From Eledone cirrhosa (taxonomy: Eukaryota), in NCBI GenBank assembly GCA_964016885.1, contig OZ024761.1, forward strand, positions 6,200,001 through 6,264,000: a stretch of DNA of 64,000 nucleotides. The letters are read 5' to 3'. Positions 42,069 to 57,377 of this stretch are shown here, piece by piece. The notes beneath the pieces are model-generated. The model was given only the letters and a program-made list of their open reading frames with translations. It ran no database searches and was not told where the DNA came from. The first letter of the stretch is position 1, and each line of letters opens with the position of its first letter. The position numbers were made by a program, and so were the translations under genes.

Positions 42069-42422
42069 TATATGAAAGACGTAAAATAAGAAAATTAAAA
42101 AAATTAAAAATCAACTTACTTACTAAAATCAACTTACTTACTAGAATCTGCCACTGACCAGAGGCAGCGAATTTTTTCAGTGCTCCGGAATTTAGTCCTC
42201 GCTAGCTTTATTCCATCCACTGAATTATTATTATTTTTATATGTGTTCCTAGTGTCCGCGCATCGCCTGGGAACTTAGCTGAGAATAGACTCCCTGATGA
42301 CGTAAGGAATTCTCTATGGTTATATTATGTAACTATATTTATCCCCTTACAGAAACTAATTAGTTGGAGTGAAAATTTTAGTAAGTTGATTTTTAATTTT
42401 TTAAATTTTCTTATTTTACGTC

Positions 42423-42431
<9 letters not shown>
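42069..42431. mobile_element. element with ~55-bp inverted ends enclosing an HHR
   Basis: tatatgaaagacgtaaaataagaaaatt..caacttact / agtaagttg..ttttacgtctttcatata. Confidence 0.75.
42289..42370 (+). ncRNA. type I hammerhead ribozyme with long stem II loop
   Basis: actcc-CTGATGA-cgtaagg...ccttac-aGAAA-ctaattag-TT-ggagt. Confidence 0.7.
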
Positions 42432-42453
<22 letters not shown>

Positions 42454-42929
42454 AAGATGGATACAGTAAGAAACTGGTTAGACCATTATTCACCGGAGCA
42501 CTCAATACCTGGTAGAGTGTGGTTATATGGAAGTGCCGTCGGAGAGAACCGACACAGCCTCGGTCGATTCCTCTCTCAATGATTTAACACAGTATTTAAA
42601 CCCGCCGTATCCGGTCAGAATTCTCTCACCTCTTTCTGTTCAAACCGGCGATAACCGGCTGCTCATACTTATGTTAAGGCATTGTTCTCAAAACAAATAA
42701 TATCAAAATCTTGTAGATTCAATATTATGCGAGATAATTATATGAAATAAAGTATTTACCGTGAAAATACGATAGTATATATATATATAGAGAGAGTAAA
42801 GTAAAGGGTTAAGGCCCGAAACACTCAGTTGAGAGGGGTTCTCTGAAGACTTTCTGTTGAGAGTTTCTTACCAATATAGTATTAGAGTACATCATTACTC
42901 AGAGTATACACACATGTTAATCCGTGAGA

Positions 42930-43310
42930 TTAAGAGAAAGTCTGATCATGAGATTAACGTGCAAGTGGCTGAGTATTCCACTGACACGTGTAAACTTAGC
43001 GTCATTTTCAAGAAGATTCAGTGTGATACTGTGTGAGAGAAAGTTGGCTATCTTTGAATTACAATAGTGCACCCGACTACGGTGTGTGGCCTAGTGGTAT
43101 GTCTGTTAGACTGGGTGACGTGTTGAGTTCTTGAGCAAAACATTTCATTTCATGTTGCTCCAGTATACTCAACTGAGTATGAGTACCAGCAATAGCTGGG
43201 GGTTTAAGCCTCTGATGGACTGTCGTCCTGTCCAGGAGGGTAGTCTTCACACCACGGAGACTGGGACAAGCACTGGCCTGATGAGCTTCGTGGCTAGAAA
43301 CAGACGACTT
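42930..43310 (+). mobile_element. SINE fragments (attaacgtgcaagtggctgag body at 42930-43065; CORE-like SINE at 43075-43310)
   Basis: tRNA-like tggcctagtgg head, CORE-like ttcttgagcaaaacatttcatttcatgttgctccag; family identity from recall only. Confidence 0.55.
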
Positions 43311-43554
43311 GTCTACCCACAAGGTCGACTCCAGGCTAGGGTATTGACACTTGTCTACCCACAAGACATAGGTCAACTCCAGGCTAGGGTAAATTACACT
43401 TGTCCAAGATGCTACGTAGTGGGATCGATCCTGGACCTAATCATTCTTCTGTGACCTTAGAACCCTGGCCTTTCTCTTCCTTTTCCGTTTTCATAAACAC
43501 AAAAGACACTTGCATTATTTACAATACATCTATACATTTTTTTTTAATCGGTTT

Positions 43555-44424
43555 TCGTGCTAGCCCTTACCTATGGTCGTGGATCTTGGGTAATGACCCA
43601 AAGAACACGATCACGGATACAAGTGGTCAATATGGGGTTCCTCCAAAGGGTCTTTGGAGTAACGTTACTCAATAAAGTGTGTAGCTGGAAGATGAGAGTC
43701 ACTCCGGGCAGAGTCAGTACTTCTCCAAATTGAGAGATCACAGCTCCGATATTATGGGCATGTGATTAGAATGTCTCAGGAAAGAATCGCTGGATAGATT
43801 TGAGAGATTACAGCTCGGATACTCTGGGTGTGTGGTTAGAATGACCCAGGAAAGAATCTCTGAATTGAGAGATCACAGCTCCGATATTATGGGTATGTGG
43901 TTAGAATGTCCCAGGAAAGAATTGCTGGATAGATTTGAGAGATTACAGCTCGGATACTCTGGGTGTGTGGTTAGAATGACCCAGGAAAGAATCTCTGAAT
44001 TGAGAGATCACAGCTCCGATATTATGGGTATGTGGTTAGAATGTCTCAGGAAAGAATCGCTGGAAAGATTTGAGAGATTACAGCTCGGATACTCTGGGTG
44101 TGTGGTTAGAATGACCCAGGAAAGAATCTCTGAATTGAGAGATCACAGCTCCGATATTATGGGTATGTGGCTAGAATGTCCCAGGAAAGAATCGCTGGAC
44201 AGATTTTACGAGCAAAACCAACCGGAAGGAGACCCAGGGGTAGACCCTGAGCAAGATGGTTGGATAACATCCATGAGCTTGGCTGGTCACGCTTGGGGAT
44301 CCAGCTGGATCAGTTGGAGACAGTTGCTTCTGACAGGACCCACTGGAAGGAGGGTTTGAGGACTCTTCACCCACGACCCTCTCAGGAATAAGGGAGTGAA
44401 GAAGAAGAAGGAGAAGAAGAAGAA
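43555..44424 (+). mobile_element. RTE-clade LINE 3' end with internal 135-bp tandem expansion and (GAA)n tail
   Basis: homologous to 52965-53412; units start at 43730, 43865, 44000 and 44135. Confidence 0.85.
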
Positions 44425-44575
44425 ATTAAAAAAGATCATCTGACATTAAAATGTATTCAACAGTTTGGTGTGAGAGAATAAGAGAATCAGAGATTACGGA
44501 ACTACAGAATCAATAGTTGTATCCAATATTTCCAGAGATGACCTCATAAAGTTAGACTTGTTCAAGTTAGAATAA

Positions 44576-45115
44576 TTGTTGTGGTTGGTGTTGTGGTTGG
44601 TGTTGTGGTTGTTGTTGTTGGTGTTGGTGTTGTGGTTGTTGTTGGTGGTGGTGGTGTTGTGGTTGGTGTTGTGGTTGGTGTTGTGGTTGGTGTGCTTGGT
44701 GTGGTGGTTGTTGTTGTTGTTGTTGGTGTGGTTGTTGTTGTGGTTGGTGTTTTGGTTGGTGTTGTGGTTGTTGTTGTGGTTGTTGGTGTTGGTGTTGTGG
44801 TTGTTGGTGGTGGTGGTGTTGTTGTGGTTGTGGTTGGTGTGGTGGTTGTTGTGGTTGGTGTGCTTGGTGTGGTGGTTGTTGTGGTTGGTGTTGTTGTGGT
44901 TGTAGTTGGTGTGGTGGTTGTTGTTGTTGTTGTTGGTGTTGTGGTTGTGGTGGTGTGGTGGTTGTTGGGGTTGGTGTGGTGGTGGTTATGTTACTGATGG
45001 TGGTGGTGTGGTGGTGGTGGTAGTTGGGCGTGGTGTAGTGTTTATGGTATGGTGGTTGTGGTGTAACTGATGGTGGTTGTTCTGGTACTACTGGTGGTGG
45101 AGGTGGTGGTGTGGC
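44576..45115. repeat. (GTT/GGT)n low-complexity tract
   Basis: direct reading. Confidence 0.9.
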
Positions 45116-45901
45116 TGGCGTTGTTGAGGGTCATAGGGGGAGGTTATAGACGAGTAAAAGGGGGAGGAGTGTGGGAGGTGATTGTTTCCCATAAAAGGGG
45201 TGTAGGGAAAGGTGGCGGTAATACCACAATAGATAACAACAACAACAACCACAACAACCATTCTCTACGTCATCATAACATTGGTTCTATGCTTTGATTT
45301 CATTGGCTGTATTGTTGGTGCAGCAGACCAATCGTTATATGTGTAAGTGTGTGTATATATATATATATATGTGTGTATATATATATATATATAGAGTATA
45401 TATATATACATATATATATATATACACATATATATATATATATACACATATATATGTATATATATATATACACACACACATATATATATATATATATACA
45501 CACATAATATATATATATATACACATGTATATATACATATATATATATATATTTATATACACACACACACATATATATATATATATAAACACATATATAT
45601 ATATATATATATACACATATATATATATATATATACACACACATATATATATATATATACACACATATATATAAATATATATACATATATATATATACAC
45701 ATATATATAAATATATACACACATATATATAAATATATATACATATATATAAATATATATACACATATATATATACACACATATATATATATATATATAT
45801 ACATATATAGAGGTTATATTTAATTTGTTGGGATTCAACAAGCTTAAAAATGTTTATATCTGATATAAAGCACTCAACAGTTTAGTGGAGTAAATATTCA
45901 A

Positions 45902-47374
<1,473 letters not shown>

Positions 47375-47844
47375 CTACTATTTTTTAAGGCAATGCAAGC
47401 AACAACTATCTAATAATTAAATGATCATAGTGAATTACTGACAAGTGATTGACATTTTAAAGTTCTTTTGAGTATAATTGCAATCTAGTTGAGGCAACTG
47501 GCTTAATGACAAAGCTACGTCATTTCTGGATTACCTCCCCTAGCGTCACGCTTACTACTCACCCACTTGAACACAAGATTTATCAGCAAACTTTGATTAT
47601 AAACTTTTTCCCGCTGGACCAAATTTCTAGATTTTTAAGCCAAAAGATGCGTAATGATCTACTGTTCATGCTCATATAAGTTTTATCTCAGTTAAATAAA
47701 GTAGAGCCGCGCTGTACTGTCGTAAACAGACGATTGCCAACGAAAACACGACCACAACAATATTACTAAACGGACTAACGTCCGCTTAGGATATATATAT
47801 ATATATACACACATATATATAAATATATATACACACATATATAT

Positions 47845-47921
<77 letters not shown>

Positions 47922-47970
47922 TATACACATATATATATATATATGTATATGTATATACACACATATATAT

Positions 47971-48013
<43 letters not shown>

Positions 48014-48116
48014 TATATACATATATTTATATATATATATATATACATATATATATACATATATTTATATATATATATATATATACATATATATATACAT
48101 ATATTTATATATATAT

Positions 48117-48177
<61 letters not shown>

Positions 48178-48389
48178 GTATAATAAACAATACAATATAA
48201 TATGTTTATTATACATTAAATTTTGCTCTGGTACTTACATAGAGCACTCTTCACACCTATGACTTTTTCAATTTTCAACGGAAACTTCAATACTTATATA
48301 TATATATAGATATATACACACACATATATATACATATATTTATATATATACACACACATATATACATATATTTATATATATACACACAC

Positions 48390-48423
<34 letters not shown>

Positions 48424-48479
48424 GTAGATGGCGTAGGACAGAACAAAGGAGAGGCACAAAACAAAGAAAAGAATCCCCA

Positions 48480-48522
48480 GTCACTGAAGAGGTCACAGCA
48501 TCTGTGACGAAAGAACTTTGAC
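48480..48522 (+). ncRNA. minimal type I hammerhead ribozyme
   Basis: gtca-CTGAAGA-g gtcacag cat ctgtgac-GAAA-gaac-TT-tgac. Confidence 0.68.
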
Positions 48523-48975
48523 AATATATGAACAAACGTCCGGTTGTAGAATCAACCAACCAACCGAAAATTTATAAATTTTTTGAGAAAATTTAAAAAA
48601 AAATGTTTTTAATTTATAATAAATTGGAGTGAGTGCAACTGGTACGTGTGTTTCTCATTGGCAACATGACCCTCCCAAAGTATAACAATATCGGTTTCAA
48701 CACACGTTTTCAGATAAAGAATCTTGCTAAACAACTTCAGAAACGAAATATATATATATTTATATATATACACGCATATATATATATACATATATTTATA
48801 TATATATATATATACACATCATCTAAGGCGGGTAAAATTCCCGAGATCCATGGACGAGTTCTCTCCAGCGGTCTCTGTCCCTCATTATCGCTGCCATGTC
48901 CTGCGTCTCCAACAGACCAGTGTCTGTCCTTAGGGCATCATATGTGTATATATATATATATACACATATATATAC

Positions 48976-49013
<38 letters not shown>

Positions 49014-49038
49014 TTATGTGTGTGTATATAAATATATT

Positions 49039-49122
<84 letters not shown>

Positions 49123-49224
49123 CTTATGTGTGTGTATATAAATATATTTATATATATATATATTTATATATATATATACATACACATATATATATATACA
49201 TATATATATAAATATATATATATA

Positions 49225-49980
49225 TCAACTAGAAATAGATTGATATATATATATATAAAATAAATACATGGAACAATCACAGGGAATAATTTGTAAAGTA
49301 TGTAAGCACACATAGCTAGGTAGATAACCAATTAAAGTTAACTAGAACTTCAAATATAGATACCTTTTAAAATGATTAATCTCCTTTGTATATATTTCTT
49401 TAAATAAAAAATATATTTCACCAATTAATCAGTAAATCACAGTAGTCAAATCTGGATGTTCACCAAAGGAGAAGATACAACTATCTGCATTTACAAAGCA
49501 AATGCAAATCTGTGAATGACTTGAACCACGTGTTGCATTTTTAAAAAATACACACATCACACAGCATCATCCCAGTGGCGTGAATAGGATTATCGACAGC
49601 TAGAAATAGCAGCCGAGTCCATTCAACTGAGTTAGCTCAACAATTAAGGGGCCGTATATATATCCAAAAATTAAATTAAGGGTTGTCATGTCTGAGAGAC
49701 ATGCGCCATATCCACTGCAGAATAAGCTCAAAGGTTCCAATGAATAGATCCGAGCATTTTATATCAACTAGAAATAGATTGACATTTATAGCTATGTGTG
49801 CTTACATACTTTACAAATTATTCTCTGTGATTGTTCCATATGTTTATTTTATATATATATATATGTCAATCTATTTCTAGTTGATAGAAAATGCTCGGAT
49901 CTATTCATTGGAATCTTTGAGCTTATTCTGCAGTGGATATGACGCATGTCTCTCAGACATGACAACCCTTAATTTAATTG
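49225..49980. repeat. nested inverted duplications
   Basis: 49670-49785 inverted at 49864-49980; 49225-49318 inverted at 49789-49886. Confidence 0.85.
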
Positions 49981-49983
49981 TTT

Positions 49984-50035
<52 letters not shown>

Positions 50036-50036
50036 C

Positions 50037-50711
50037 TTGAGGACTTTCCGGACAAGAGACCGAGACACCATGTTGACACTATGGAGGACATTTTGTCCTA
50101 AGCCGCCTGGACTATTGCTCCCAGTTGTGGTCACCCCAGTGTATCAAACTAACCATGGAGTTTGAGGCAATCCAGCGAAGCTACACCAAGAGGATTGCCA
50201 CGATGAAGGAGACAAGCTACTGGGAGAGGCTAAAGGAACTGAACCTCTACTCCTTGGAACGAAGACGGGGGAGATACGCAGTGATCTACATGTGGAAAAT
50301 CCTGGAGGGACTAGCTCCTAACTTTGGCATTGGGAGCTGGACCAACCGTGGAACAGGACGTCACTGTGTGGTGCCAAAGGTCCTGTCTTACGCATCTAGA
50401 ATAAGGAGCAGATATTGCAATAGCCTGGGATTCAAGGTCCCTCAACTCTTCAACAAACTGCCGAGGGATCTGAGAGATCTGTATGGTGTGGAGATGGATG
50501 TCTTCAAGAAACATCTCGACACCTTGCTATCCAGGATCTCGGATGAGCCCACAGCAAGGGACGAGGGAAACCTAAGGGCAGCAGCAACAAACTCCCTCTT
50601 ACACCAGTGGCCAACCAATGCAGGCTGGAGATAAAATGTGTTGCAACAAGGGCGATGCCCCAGCATGGCCTCAGCCGGATGGCTGGAGCAGGTAAAAGAG
50701 TAAAAGAGTAT
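50037..50711 (+). mobile_element. CR1-type LINE 3' end
   Basis: WSPQ..EAIQRSYTKRI..SYWERLKELNLYSLERRRGRY..KILEGL; tail gccccagcatggcc..(taaaagag)2. Confidence 0.85.
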
Positions 50712-50761
50712 ACTTATGTGTGTGTATATACATATATATGTATGAGTATATATATATTTAT

Positions 50762-50837
<76 letters not shown>

Positions 50838-51136
50838 TTAAAAGGGCGCTAGCAGCCGAAGTATACAATGCATCTATATCTGTATACATAGAGAGTGGGT
50901 AACCGAAACTGCACCAATGCGTGTGGTATATAAATATACAAATTTCTAATATGGAGGCTAGTAAACAGGACACAGTATATGAATTTGCCTGTTAATTGAC
51001 AAACGATGGACACCTTAATTTGAGGCAATAGCGAAGCACTGATGCGACCAGAGTTAACACATAAACTTATTCCAGTGTGACACAATCCATATATCGACAT
51101 ATGTAGCTACAACGACAAATAAAAAGGATGAAGTTC

Positions 51137-51560
51137 CCGGACCAAACCAGACCCCGAGCAGCTTTAGCGGTCCTTCCGTCCAGCGTCCGACGACGCCATC
51201 GGAAGGCATCGGTTTGCCTCTCCACGTTCCGAGTTGCAAACCGACGGATTTGTCCCGGTTCAGCTTCGCTCCTGTGAACCTTTCGTATTCCTCCAGTAAG
51301 GTACCGACCTCCCCGATTTGCGAGGTGCTCGACACCATTACTGTCACGTCGTCGGCGTAGGCCGACGCCGCTTTTCGCAGTCCCGGTTCCAAAGGGATGC
51401 CCTGCAATAGCTCCAACTTCCGCAGTAGTGACTCGAGAGTCAGTACGTACAGAAGGGAGGAGAGAGGGCATCCCTGTCGGATAGATCGCGTGATATGGAA
51501 CGGCTCCGAGAGGTAGCAGTTCACCTTGACCCTTGAGCAGATGTTGCTGCTGTGCATTGC
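51137..51560 (-). pseudogene. Tx1/L1-clade reverse transcriptase fragment
   Basis: VKVNCYLSEPFHITRSIRQGCPLS..AYADDV..GAKLNRDKS..KLLGVWFG. Confidence 0.85.
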
Positions 51561-51561
51561 A

Positions 51562-51725
51562 AGATAGATAGATAGATAGATTTCTTTATTTGCCACAAGG
51601 GCGCACAAGAAAAAGGGACAATACAAAGACACATGCCGGGGATTTTACATACAGTCGTGTAAAAATATTGAAACAAACAATTATAACAATCGAAATACCC
51701 AATAGGGAGGAGACGCCACAAATGG
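51562..51725 (-). mobile_element. Tx1/L1-like 3' UTR with AATAAA and (TCTA)n tail
   Basis: cccttgtggcaAATAAAgaaatctatctatct. Confidence 0.5.
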
Positions 51726-52160
51726 GTTGTTTAATACCCCGTCGATAGAACAACACTCAACTCCAGGAGCGTGTTGTGTAAGTGCTTCCTTCTTCCTTTT
51801 GCTCTCTTCTTCAACCTACAGGTTTATATACAGAGAAGGCCCAAATACTCGGGCCATTTTTGCCACATTCACCCACCTTTCAGTAAATTTACTGGGGTGC
51901 AGTGCCTCTCTCCACTCCGATTCTCCTTCTAAAGTGATAGATAGATAGATATCTTTAGATAGACAGAAAGAGAAAGTCGTAATTTATAAACTCTCGCTGC
52001 ACAAAACGTCCCGCCCAAAACTTGAACCGACAACAATGGTTACGATCTTTAGTAAAATTTAGATTTCACATGACGTCATCACTTCAAGTCACATGTCATT
52101 GATCACATGACGTTGCTGATATAACGACGAACAGTGAGAGTAGAAAAAGGAAATAATTCG

Positions 52161-52745
52161 TTGTGACACCAACATGATGGAGGTTTGAGACGTATTTGAG
52201 AAACTGTGTACTTGGCTGTTGTGACACCAACATGATGGAGGTTTGAGACGTATTTGAGAAACTGTGTACTTGGCTGTTGTGACACCAACATGATGGAGGT
52301 TCGAAACGTATTTGAGAAAGTGTGTACTTGGCTGTTGTGACACCAACATGATGGAGGTTTGAGACGTATTTGAGAAAGTATGTACTTGGTTGTTGTGACA
52401 CCAACATGATGGAGGTTTGAGACGTATTTGAGAAAGTGTGTACTTGGTTGTTGTGACACCAACATGATGGAGGGTGGAGACGTATTTGAGAAAGTGTGTA
52501 CTTGGTTGTTGTGACACCAACATGATGGAGGCTGGAGACGTATTTGAGAAAGTGTGTACTTGGTTGTTGTGACACCAACATGATGGAGGGTGGAGACGTA
52601 TTTGAGAAAGTGTGTACTTGGTTGTTGTGACACCAACATGATGGAGTTTGGAGACGTATTTGAGAAACTGTGTACTTGGCTGTTGTGACACCAACATGAT
52701 GGAGTTTGGAGACGTATTTGAGAAACTGTGTACTTGGCTGTTGTA
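52161..52745. repeat. 58-bp tandem repeat, 10 copies
   Basis: ttgtgacaccaacatgatggag...gtacttgg.tg at a 58-bp period. Confidence 0.93.
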
Positions 52746-52964
52746 ACACTGATGCACCACAAGATTTTCTGTGACACGAGACGGTGTCTATTTCAAAATG
52801 TAAAAACCACAACTTGAAATTCATAATAAAGCTCATATGTAACTGTTAAAGAGGAAAACAACTAACAAGTGAAAACATTGAAAAAAAAAAAAAAAAAAAA
52901 AAAGAACAGCAAACATGTTTTTCGTTAATAACTTAGTTCCATTTATTGACTAAAGAAGGAAATA

Positions 52965-53412
52965 CCTATGGTCGGGATTCTTGGGTAATGACCGAAAGAA
53001 TACGATCACAAATACAAGCGGCCGAAATGGGATTCCTCCGAAGGATCTTTGGAGTAACGTTACTCGATAAAGTGTGTAACTCGGAGATCAGAGAATCACT
53101 CCATTCAGAGCCGCTACTTCTCCGAATTGTGAGATCACAACTCCGATACTATGTGACATGTGGTTAAATTGTCCAAGGAAATAATTACTGGACAGATTTT
53201 TTACGGGTGAAACCAACAAGTAGGAGACCCAAGGGTAGACCCCGAGCAAGATCGTGGGATAACATCCATGATTGGCTGGTCACGCTTGGGGATCCAGCTG
53301 GATCAGTTGGAGAGGGTTGCTTCTGACAGGACCTGCTGGAAGGGGTGTTTGAGGACTCTGCCCACGCGACCCTCTCGGGAATAAGTGGGACAAGAAAAAG
53401 AAGAAGAAGAAG
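52965..53412 (+). mobile_element. RTE-clade LINE 3' end
   Basis: YGRDSWVMTERIRSQIQAAEMGFLRRIFGVTLLDKVCNSEIRE..; (GAA)n tail. Confidence 0.85.
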
Positions 53413-53414
53413 GG

Positions 53415-53838
53415 AATAATGTTTCTGTATTTTAAATTATATTTCTACTCTATGTTACACTATAGTGTACCATTAAATTATATTTCTACTCTATGTTACA
53501 CTATAGTGTACCATTAAATTATATTTCTACTCTATGTTACACTATAGTGTACCATTAAATTATATTTCGACTCTATGTTACACTATAGTGTACCATTAAA
53601 TTATATTTCTACTCTATGTTACACTATAGTGTACCATTAAATTATATTTCTACTCTATGTTACACTATAGTGTACCATTAAATTATATTTCTACTCTATG
53701 TTACACTATAGTGTACCATTAAATTATATTTCGACTCTATGTTACACTATAGTGTACCATTAAATTATATTTCTACTCTATGTTACACTATAGTGTAACA
53801 TAGAGTAGAAATATAATTTAAAATACAGAAACATTATT
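53415..53838. repeat. hairpin whose left arm is expanded into nine 41-bp tandem copies
   Basis: units from 53433 to 53761; palindrome centre acacta|tagtgt at 53790/1; outer aataatgtttctgtatttt / aaaatacagaaacattatt. Confidence 0.9.
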
Positions 53839-53906
53839 GGTATTCCCTTTATTTTAAGTTGCGCTTTTGAAGAAATTTTTGAATTTAGGTAGAAAGTTCG
53901 CTAAAA

Positions 53907-54245
53907 TACAGGGTGTCCACAAAGTCACTAGACCACAAAGTCACTAGACCACAAAGTCACTAGTCCACAATGTCACTAGACCACAATGTCACTACTCCAC
54001 AATGTTACTAGACCACAAAGTCACTAGACCACAATGTTACTAGACCACAAAGTCACTAGACCACAAAGTCACTAGTCCACAAAGTCACTAGACCACAATG
54101 TTACTAGACCACAAAGTCACTAGACCACAAAGTCACTAGACCACAAAGTCACTAGTCCACAAAAGTCACTAGTCCAGAATGTCACTAGACCACAAAATCA
54201 CTAGTCCACAAAGTCACTAGACAACAAAGTCACTAGACCACAAAG
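53907..54245 (+). repeat. 16-bp minisatellite grown from a Tc1/mariner-like terminus
   Basis: TA-CAGGGTGTCC followed by (ccacaaagtcactaga)n. Confidence 0.7.
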
Positions 54246-54437
54246 ACCAGAAAATAATTGTTTATGGTTTTAAAACAGAAAAGGTCCAGTTACAAGGAAA
54301 ATGACAATTATAAAAACATAACAAAAGAGAATGCAAAAGAAATATGTAAACTGGTTTTATTAATTGCATGAAACTCGCTCGTACTGCAGATTTCCACTGG
54401 TATTACAAGACAAAACTTCGCACGCGTTTCAACTCTT

Positions 54438-55175
54438 GCAGCAAATTACTGGTACAATGAGGCACTGGTACAGCACATAACTGGTACAATGAGGCACTAG
54501 TACAGCAAATTACTGGTACAATGTGGCACTGGTACAATGTGGCACTGGTACAGCAAATTACTGGTACAATGAGGCACTAGTACAGCAAATTACTGGTACA
54601 ATGTGGCACTGGTACAGCAAATTACTGGTACAATGTGGCACTAGTACAGAAAATTACTGGTACAATGAGGAACTGGTACAGCAAATTACTGGTACAATGT
54701 GGTACTGGTACAATGTGGCACTGGTACAGCAAATTACTGGTACATTGAGGAACTGATACAGCAAATTACTGGTTCTATGTGACAGTGGTACAGCAAATTA
54801 CTGGTGCAATGTGGCACTAGTACAACAAATTACTGGTACAATGGAACAGTGGTACAGCAAATTACTGGTACAATGAGGCACTAGTACAACAAATTACTGG
54901 TACAATGGGGCAGTGGTACAGCAAATTACTGGTACAATGGGGCAGTGGTACACCAAATTACTGGTACAATGCAGCACTTGTACAGCAAATTACTGGTACT
55001 ATGAGGCACTGGTACAGCAAATTACTGGTACAATGAGGCACTGGTACAGCAAATTACTGGTACAATGGGGCAGTGGTACAGCAAATTACTGGTACAATGG
55101 GGCAGTGGTACACCAAATTACTGGTACAATGCAGCACTTGTACAGCAAATTACTGGTACTATGAGGCACTGGTAC
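54438..55175. repeat. 32-bp (2 x 16) minisatellite
   Basis: gcaaattactggtaca-atgaggcactggtaca tandem. Confidence 0.92.
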
Positions 55176-55368
55176 TGCGAGGTTCTACTGTATTTATAAC
55201 AATCAACTGAATTCACTTTTCTCCGTTTGTGATTCTTTATAGTTTTCAAGGAATTCTATTTAATTGAAATCCGCCATTTAAAAGTTTACATTGCCTCTTA
55301 TTGATACAGTAAAACATGTTTAGCTGCTGTTGTTGTTTCCACCAACACCGTCAGAGTTAACTGCCCCT

Positions 55369-55528
55369 TATAAAGGTGGTCGTTTGACCTGTATGTGTCA
55401 GCATGACTGGCAGTTGTTGACCTCTCTCGTGTGACCTTGGGTCGTGGTTGTTTCAACTGTCCCCGGCATTCTACTTGTTATGGCGATGTTTGACATGAGT
55501 AATGTGACTGTTTATATTGCGGGTGAGT
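55369..55528 (+). promoter_or_regulatory. candidate TATA/Inr promoter and first exon
   Basis: TATAAA at 55369, TCAG at 55398, ATG at 55480 (MAMFDMSNVTVYIA), consensus donor G|GTGAGT at 55523. Confidence 0.35.
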
Positions 55529-55994
55529 GTCGCTGGGAGGGTGGGTAATTAGGGGCTGGCTTAGAAGGTGGGTGGGTAGGGAGATGGTGAAGACATCTAG
55601 GTACCAGACAGATAGACAGTCAGATAAATAGTGGAAGGGATTTAGTCACAGTTTCTATATATCTGTCCCTCCCTATATATTCCACCTCTCTCAACGTTAA
55701 AATATATCCTCGGATTTAAAGAACTCAGTCCGTGGTAAGAGTTATAAACAGTTCTACAACTATGTTATTGGGTCTTGTAGCAACCCATTCAGTCTTCCTA
55801 TTGGCAGCGTTGTAGGTGGGTATATATATATATATATGTATGAGTATATATATATATATATATGTATGTGTATATATATATATACACACACATATATATA
55901 TATCATCATCACCGTTTTACGTCCGTTCTTCCACGCTAGCATGGGTTAGACGGTATATATATATATATATACATATATATCTATATATCTATGT

Positions 55995-56512
<518 letters not shown>

Positions 56513-56744
56513 TAATCTTCTATACACAATCATACACACCCGTGTATATTTATCTATCTATATATCTATATAGGAACGAGTAGGACCCCGATGGCTGAGC
56601 TCAAGCCGTTTCGACGGCTAATTCTGGACGGCTTGAGCTCTGCCGTCGGGGTCCTACTCGTTCCTATTACCCACTCTACTACCCTAAGTATTGAGTACTT
56701 TGGTGCGTTATGGTCCACCTGGTTCCTTACCACATTTCCTTCGT

Positions 56745-56775
<31 letters not shown>

Positions 56776-56817
56776 ATATATATACACATAGATATATATA
56801 TATGTAGATATATATAT

Positions 56818-56890
<73 letters not shown>

Positions 56891-56891
56891 C

Positions 56892-56966
<75 letters not shown>

Positions 56967-57377
56967 TATATATATATATATATAGTATATATATACACAT
57001 ATATATATATGAGTATATATAATCATTGAGTCCTTTATATTTCTGGATTGTTTCTACATGCTCGTGTATCTCATATATGTGTGTGTGTAGACCCCCCCCC
57101 GCCACACACACATTATATATATATGTGCGTATGTGTGTGTGTGTGTGTGTAGACCCCCCCCCCAACACACACATTATATATATATATATGTGCGTATGTG
57201 TGTGTGTGTGTGTAGACCCCCTCCTCACACACATTATATATATATGTGTGTGTGTGTGTATGGTGCGTATGTGTGCATATGTAGACACCGCCCCCCCATA
57301 TGTATATACCCCCCTACACTATATATGTCCGACTATAATCATAACTGTATTTTTAGCCGTATTTATTCATTCTATGA

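Noticed and set aside
43275-43315. CTGATGA..GAAAC as a hammerhead
   Set aside because: Lies in a SINE tail and no stem I partner follows a UH site
43832-44359. 175-aa ORF with a 45-aa repeat as a host protein
   Set aside because: Product of a 135-bp tandem expansion of LINE sequence
52161-52745. 58-bp repeat (and the 41-, 32- and 16-bp arrays) as CRISPR arrays or repeat proteins
   Set aside because: No unique spacers, no cas genes, eukaryotic context; 58 is not a multiple of 3
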